Positions 58,896 to 64,000 of a DNA stretch of 64,000 bases are shown here, piece by piece. The first letter of the stretch is position 1. Each line of letters opens with the position of its first letter. Source of the DNA: Spirochaetota bacterium (GTDB lineage: Bacteria; Spirochaetota; UBA6919; CBDBPB01); assembly GCA_965208615.1 (NCBI GenBank), contig CBDBPB010000001.1, forward strand, positions 93,725 through 157,724, given 5' to 3'. Below the pieces are notes generated by a model. The model was given only the letters and a program-made list of their open reading frames with translations, was not told the DNA's origin and ran no database searches. The translations under genes and the position numbers were made by a program.

Positions 58896-59660
58896 TCATT
58901 CAAAATAATTATTCCAGTTCAATATGCCCTGGGGTATAGTAAAATAATTAACTATAGCCCAAATAACAGCAATAAAAGTTAAACCTATAAAAAAATAAGC
59001 AAAAATATAAGTAACTTTACCCCTAGTTTTATAAATAATCTCAGCCTTTAAAAAAAAAGCAATAATTATCCCAGAAAGTAAACCACCAATATGACCAGCA
59101 TTATCTATTCCAAACCTTTTTCCATAAAAGAATCCAAAAGCTAAGTTTAATGCAATAACAATTAATATATTAATAAGCATTCTTTTTCTTACCTCAGACT
59201 TTAACTCAGACTTATGGATTATTAAAAAAGTAGTTAAACCTCCAATAATACCATATATAGCTCCAGAAGCACCTATACTCTCGTTAGCCATAGTTATAAA
59301 ATAACTGGATAATGTTGAACATAATCCACTAGCCATATATAATATAAAAAAGTTAAGAGTTCCGAATACCCTCTCTATAAATTGTCCTACCATAAAAAGA
59401 GCAAACATATTAAAAAAAATATGTAGTCCATAAGAGTGTAGGAAAATTGCCGTAATAAAACGAAAATACTCCATTCTATAAGTAATTAGCGAATGATTAA
59501 GACTACCAAACTTCCATACCCCGTTTTCTCCAACGCTAAAACTTATCAAAATAAATATCATAACATTAATAGCAATAATCAACATGCTAAGAGGTATTTT
59601 AGAAAAAAAATATTTATTCGGATTATAATAACTTAATCTTTTTATAAATTCTTCCCTCAC
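58896..59660 (-). CDS. Rhomboid-family intramembrane serine protease
   Basis: HIFFNM (H..xN), GASGAIYG (catalytic Ser) and GHIGGLLSG (catalytic His). Confidence 0.9.
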   Translation of the reverse strand: MREEFIKRLSYYNPNKYFFSKIPLSMLIIAINVMIFILISFSVGENGVWKFGSLNHSLITYRMEYFRFITAIFLHSYGLHIFFNMFALFMVGQFIERVFGTLNFFILYMASGLCSTLSSYFITMANESIGASGAIYGIIGGLTTFLIIHKSELKSEVRKRMLINILIVIALNLAFGFFYGKRFGIDNAGHIGGLLSGIIIAFFLKAEIIYKTRGKVTYIFAYFFIGLTFIAVIWAIVNYFTIPQGILNWNNYFE

Positions 59661-59754
59661 TTTGTTAACCCAAAATCTATATAGTAATTGTTATCTAAAT
59701 TATTTAATAAATTTATATAGATAATAAACAAAGTGTAATAAATTATAAAATTAT

Positions 59755-60438
59755 TTATTTTTGCTTCGGAGGAGAAAAATCATCTAACAGCTTATCGTTT
59801 AACTCTTGCTGATAAGACCTAAGATCTTGTTTATCCCTTTTTCTACCCATAGTTTTTTCTAAATAAGTCTTTTCATCAATTATCTTAATTGTAGTGGGAT
59901 TATTAAGAATAAGTCTAACAGGCATTCCAATCTCTTTTTTAGCCTTGAATAACTCTCTGTTTTTCGTATTCCAAATAGAAAACTTCGATGTCCTTATGTC
60001 AGCCTCGCCATACTTGGATAGTATTCTATTATATAAACTAAAATAACTGTTATACCTTAAACTAAACTTTATTATAATAGCATATAATACCCAGTCATCC
60101 TTAATATTAGGCTTTGCCTTATCATGTAAAGTAAGCTTCTTTTTCGTAAACTGATAATAAATATGCTCAATAAAAGGAGGACGCTTAGCTTTAATTAAAT
60201 AATTCTGTTCTTCGTCAAACTCACCATAGTCGGTATAGTCATCAACCTCAATATGACTATCACTTTTTATAATATCCAAAACCTCTTTTCTATTCATTCC
60301 TAAAATTACGTTTCTATATTTACCTTCAATAGCAATCTTTTTTTCCTCTAACAATTCTTTATCAGCGCTAGTTCCAAGAGGAATAAATAAAAAATAATTG
60401 CTTATCAATATAATAGTAATAAGTAGTATTCTTTTCAT
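59755..60438 (-). CDS. Hypothetical secreted protein
   Basis: The internal start MKRILLITIILISNYFLFIPLGTSA gives a signal peptide. The track ORF extends to 60498. Confidence 0.55.
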   Translation of the reverse strand: MKRILLITIILISNYFLFIPLGTSADKELLEEKKIAIEGKYRNVILGMNRKEVLDIIKSDSHIEVDDYTDYGEFDEEQNYLIKAKRPPFIEHIYYQFTKKKLTLHDKAKPNIKDDWVLYAIIIKFSLRYNSYFSLYNRILSKYGEADIRTSKFSIWNTKNRELFKAKKEIGMPVRLILNNPTTIKIIDEKTYLEKTMGRKRDKQDLRSYQQELNDKLLDDFSPPKQK

Positions 60439-60700
60439 TTTACATACCAATGGCTTTTGTATATTTAAAAATAGGCTGTTAATTTTTAACATCGTCATTT
60501 ATAATACATAGATAAAAACTTCTTTATAAAACTTAATCATTTTTTGATAAAATATATTAACTTTAGCGTTATATGTTTTGTCATAAGAACTATTATAAAT
60601 GTTTGAAATAAAACCCTTTTTATTATATTTAGGCATGCACCTTGAAAATACCTTTAGTAACAGTTATTACGGATAATATATATTAAAATTAGGTAAAAAT

Positions 60701-60997
60701 ATGTTAATAGCAAAAGTTATGGGAACCGTTGTTTCAACACAAAAAGATGAAGGACTAAATAATCTAAAAATGCTCCTAATCGAAGAAATAGATCCCAAAA
60801 CTCTAAAAGGACAAAAAAACTATTTAGTAGCAATTGACAGCGTAGGAGCAGGATTAGAAGAGCTAGTTCTATATGCCTCAGGTTCTTCTGCCCGTATGAC
60901 AAATATAACTAATAATAAGCCATGTGATTGTGTTATAATGGCAATAATTGATCAATTTGATATTGACAATAAAACCATTTATAAAAAAGAGTTATAG
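60701..60997 (+). CDS. EutN/CcmL-family (BMC-P pentamer) protein, with no other shell gene in this window
   Basis: MLIAKVMGTVVSTQKDEGL...LVAIDSVGAGLEELVLYASGSSARM...DCVIMAIID matches the family consensus throughout. Confidence 0.85.
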   Translation: MLIAKVMGTVVSTQKDEGLNNLKMLLIEEIDPKTLKGQKNYLVAIDSVGAGLEELVLYASGSSARMTNITNNKPCDCVIMAIIDQFDIDNKTIYKKEL

Positions 60998-62764
60998 ACG
61001 TGCGGCTAAAATAGTAAAGTCATCAGTAAAAGGCCTATTCTCAGTAAACTCTGCAACCTCATACTGTATTAATTTTAAGAGGTCTGGTAAAGCTAATTTA
61101 TTGTTCTTTTTCAAAAAGTTTATTAACCTCCACTCTTCATATTGATCACCATTAAACTTTTCCGCTTCGATTATCCCATCTGTAAACAAAAACAAGAGAT
61201 CCCCTTTTTCATAAAAGAAAACCTTTTCTTCAAACTTTGTATCAGGTAAAACACCTAAAGGCCTTCCCATCGTCTTTATTCGTTCAACCTCCCCATCCTT
61301 AGTCCTGTAGAAAAGCTGACTATCATGTCCAGCACTAACATAAGTAATTGCCTTATTAAAAGAGTCAACTAAAAAATAAGCGGCTGTTACGAACATACCA
61401 GATTCCGAATCTTCAACTAATAATTCATTAGCCTTAGTCATAACAATTTTAGGATTTGGATTAAGTTGAGCCTCTGTTCTAATAGTATTCCTTGCAAGAG
61501 CCATAAAAAGAGAGGCAGGTATTCCTTTTCCAGAAACGTCAGCAACAAGAACTACAAATTTACTATCATCAATTTTTATAAAATCATAAAAATCTCCTCC
61601 AACCTCTTCGGCTGGCAGGCTCATACCCTGTATCTCAATACCATTAAGAACAGGAAAAGTATCAGGTAATATCCTTTGCTGTATAGAATAAGCAATCTTT
61701 AACTCCTGACCAATATGATTCTGCTCTAGCAAAAACTTTTGAAGTTTTAGGTTCGTATATGTCTGAGATAAATGAGATGAAATATTCTCTAATATTCGTA
61801 AGTGAAATGAGGAATATAAAAAATATTTCTCATCAGCAACTAATAAAATAAATCCAAAGATATTCCCCTCGGTGTATATAGGAACAGATAATATAGAAAA
61901 CCCTTTTTGAGGCTTAAAATTAATAAAACTACTATCAATATCATTAATTATATAAGGCTTTGGATTCTCTTTAAAAAAACTTTGAACCTCTCTATGAGAA
62001 AAACTCTTATTAAGATATGACATATCTTTTAGCCTAGAAAAATAAGATAATATATACACCTCTCTATCAGGAACAGAAACATAAATAAAAATAGATTCAA
62101 TCTTTAGCTTTTTTTCAATAAAATTGATAGTAGTCATAAAAAGCTCTTGTATTGTAATAACAGAATTGGCAATATTACTATACTCATAAAGCAGACTAAG
62201 CTCATTAACCCTACTCTCTAAAGCCGTCTTAGTCTTGGACAACTGCTCAAAAAGATCGGTATTATTAATAGCTATAGCCGCCTGATCGGCTATAAAACTT
62301 AATATGCTAATATGCTCCTCAGTAAAACTACTGGATTCTTTAGAATTAATTACCTCTAAAACACCAACTATCTTACCCTTAACCTTCATAGGAACACAAA
62401 TTAAGTTTTTAGTTATCTGATTAGCTTTTTCATCAACGGCCTTAAATATTCTAGAATCATTTTCTGCATCATTAACAATAATAGGTATGCCTGTTTGTGC
62501 AACACGACCAGCAATACCCTTTCCTATAGGAATAGATATATCTTTTACAATTTCGCTTTTATCACCAGTAACAACATAAAAACTAAGTTCTTGCTTATCA
62601 TTATCCAAAAGCAAAAGAGAGGATGCCTCTGACTTAAGAGCCTCTTTTGCCGAAAGCATTACTATTTCTAATAAAACTGATAATTTAAGAGTAGAATTTA
62701 TAAGGTTTGTAATCCGTTTTAGCGTATCTAAATTAACTGAAATATATTTATTCTCTGTAAACAT
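60992..62764 (-). CDS. GAF-GAF-PP2C (SpoIIE/RsbU-type) serine phosphatase
   Basis: Two GAF-like regions, then GGDFYDF, VADVSGKGIPASLFMA and FLFTDGIIEA. Confidence 0.9.
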   Translation of the reverse strand: MFTENKYISVNLDTLKRITNLINSTLKLSVLLEIVMLSAKEALKSEASSLLLLDNDKQELSFYVVTGDKSEIVKDISIPIGKGIAGRVAQTGIPIIVNDAENDSRIFKAVDEKANQITKNLICVPMKVKGKIVGVLEVINSKESSSFTEEHISILSFIADQAAIAINNTDLFEQLSKTKTALESRVNELSLLYEYSNIANSVITIQELFMTTINFIEKKLKIESIFIYVSVPDREVYILSYFSRLKDMSYLNKSFSHREVQSFFKENPKPYIINDIDSSFINFKPQKGFSILSVPIYTEGNIFGFILLVADEKYFLYSSFHLRILENISSHLSQTYTNLKLQKFLLEQNHIGQELKIAYSIQQRILPDTFPVLNGIEIQGMSLPAEEVGGDFYDFIKIDDSKFVVLVADVSGKGIPASLFMALARNTIRTEAQLNPNPKIVMTKANELLVEDSESGMFVTAAYFLVDSFNKAITYVSAGHDSQLFYRTKDGEVERIKTMGRPLGVLPDTKFEEKVFFYEKGDLLFLFTDGIIEAEKFNGDQYEEWRLINFLKKNNKLALPDLLKLIQYEVAEFTENRPFTDDFTILAARL

Positions 62765-62772
62765 ATTGCTTT

Positions 62773-63705
62773 TTATAAAACTATTTCTAGTCGTTCTCTG
62801 GAAAAAAAGGCAATCATACTATTAACACCTTTTTCTTTAAGTTTATTTATAACTCCAAATTGTAGACTATCCAATTCTCTATCAGTACGAATAGGATCAT
62901 GATGAAATAATGCTAACTTTTTACATTTTGCAGTTAAGCCAAAATCAATTGCATAATCAATGGTACTATGCCCCCATCCAATCTTAGTTTTATACTCTTC
63001 TGTAGTATATTGTGCGTCATATATAAGAAGATCAGCATTTCTGGCAAAATTAATTACTTTTTTGTTTTGAATATTAACAGCTTCCTCAGCTTCTTTAATG
63101 GCTTCTTCATAATCACTTTTCTCCATATCGCTCTTACCTTCCATTTCCTCTGCAAATATATTCCTAAATGGTTCGTTATCATATAGTGTGACTAAAGTTT
63201 TATTTCCACAACTTATTCTATAGCCCAAGCATAATATGGGGTGATTAAGATAACAAGTACTAACCTCAAAAGGCGGTAAGTCAATAACTTGTTCTTTTAT
63301 TTCAATAAATTCGATTTTTCCTCTAAGATCCATAAGCTTAATAGGAAAATAAGAATATTGCATTTGTCCAGCTACAATATCTTTTAAACTACCTCCTATA
63401 GCATTTACTGGTCCTCTAAAGGTTATTACAGAAGATGGTACATAGGCAGGAGCAAAAAAAGGAAAACCTTGTATGTGATCCCAATGAGTATGAGATAAGA
63501 AAATATTTACATTCAACGGGTTTTTGGGCAAGTCGTTCGATATTAAAAAATTCCCTAGTTCTCTAAGGCCAGTACCAGCATCAATAACTAAAAGCTCATC
63601 ATTAGGGCCTCTAACTTCTATACAAGCAGTATTACCACCATATTTTACCGTATTTGGCCCAGGGGTCGGTACTGATCCCCTAACTCCCCAGAATCGTACT
63701 CTCAT
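62773..63705 (-). CDS. MBL-fold metallo-hydrolase
   Basis: FWGVRGS...GGNT.C and LSHTHWDHIQG motifs. Confidence 0.85.
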   Translation of the reverse strand: MRVRFWGVRGSVPTPGPNTVKYGGNTACIEVRGPNDELLVIDAGTGLRELGNFLISNDLPKNPLNVNIFLSHTHWDHIQGFPFFAPAYVPSSVITFRGPVNAIGGSLKDIVAGQMQYSYFPIKLMDLRGKIEFIEIKEQVIDLPPFEVSTCYLNHPILCLGYRISCGNKTLVTLYDNEPFRNIFAEEMEGKSDMEKSDYEEAIKEAEEAVNIQNKKVINFARNADLLIYDAQYTTEEYKTKIGWGHSTIDYAIDFGLTAKCKKLALFHHDPIRTDRELDSLQFGVINKLKEKGVNSMIAFFSRERLEIVL

Positions 63706-63720
63706 GAGTGCCTCTTTAGA

Positions 63721-64000
63721 TCATTTAATATTTAAAAATATACTGGCCCTCTCTATTTCTTCAAATATAGCAGGCTTCCAACTATCAAGTATTTTTTCAG
63801 TTAAAGAAAGACTTGATAATAATTTTGCATTTTGTAAAATATTTGAAGAGTTTCCACTATAGCCTATCTCATTACGATTACAAAAGTTGTTAGCAACTGC
63901 TACAGAATAAACTAAATTAGAATATTCTTTATCACAATCTTCTGTATTATGATGATACTCAATTACTTGACTAATACTTTCAGAAAGCTTCCATTTATCC
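63721..64000 (-). CDS. HDOD-domain protein, C-terminal part (runs off the right edge)
   Basis: The reverse frame reads DKWKLSESISQVIEYHHNTEDCDKEYSNLVYSVAVANNFCNRNEIGY...IFLNIK, with the stop at 63723-63721. Not in the ORF track because no start lies in the window. Confidence 0.6.
   Translation of the reverse strand, partial: DKWKLSESISQVIEYHHNTEDCDKEYSNLVYSVAVANNFCNRNEIGYSGNSSNILQNAKLLSSLSLTEKILDSWKPAIFEEIERASIFLNIK

Noticed and set aside
63524-63862. 112-aa plus-strand ORF spanning the MBL/HDOD gene junction
   Set aside because: It overlaps two motif-supported minus-strand genes and has no motif of its own.
1-64000. Scan for tRNA/rRNA genes, CRISPR arrays, integrases, transposases and toxin-antitoxin pairs
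   Set aside because: I recognised none by eye in the intergenic regions or the ORF translations. A covariance-model scan would be needed to exclude small RNAs.

Overview
Low-GC (about 30% by eye), gene-dense chromosomal segment from a diderm bacterium. Evidence for a diderm: lipoprotein lipoboxes, beta-barrel proteins ending in aromatic residues, and a LolA-like/RND module. I cannot assign a taxon from the sequence alone. I support about 55 protein genes. I saw no rRNA, tRNA, CRISPR array, transposase or integrase. Recognisable housekeeping genes are ligA, mtnA, cvpA, an HU gene, accB, a LeuC/LeuD-type dehydratase pair, an AICAR-transformylase-only purH-like gene, malQ, a 1.6k-aa NAD-glutamate dehydrogenase, a PIG-L deacetylase, archease and a rhomboid protease. 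Most of the window looks like core genome, and I see no clear-cut new defence or mobile system. The following are worth a second look. (1) A c-type/b-type cytochrome operon at 47964-50394: an SHP-like DUF1924 gene, a His/Asp-rich mini-protein, a dihaem DHC gene, and a cytochrome b561-DHC fusion. (2) Two overlapping genes (26868-30267) that combine ComEA-type helix-hairpin-helix modules with predicted beta-barrel regions. (3) An MMPL/RND + LolA-like + beta-barrel trio convergent with a GT4 glycosyltransferase (40158-46396). (4) A secreted protein of about 26 ankyrin repeats, built from near-identical 99-bp units, next to a CAP/SCP-domain protein. (5) A duplicated GT39-like membrane protein gene whose second copy carries exactly two in-frame stop codons and brackets an ABC-transporter cassette. 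(6) A class II aldolase with a C-terminal amphipathic tail, plus an orphan EutN/CcmL gene elsewhere in the window. (7) A frameshifted DNA methyltransferase at the left edge. (8) An HDOD-MBL-GAF/PP2C signalling operon at the right edge. All functional calls rest on motifs I recognise by eye in the translations. No searches were run.
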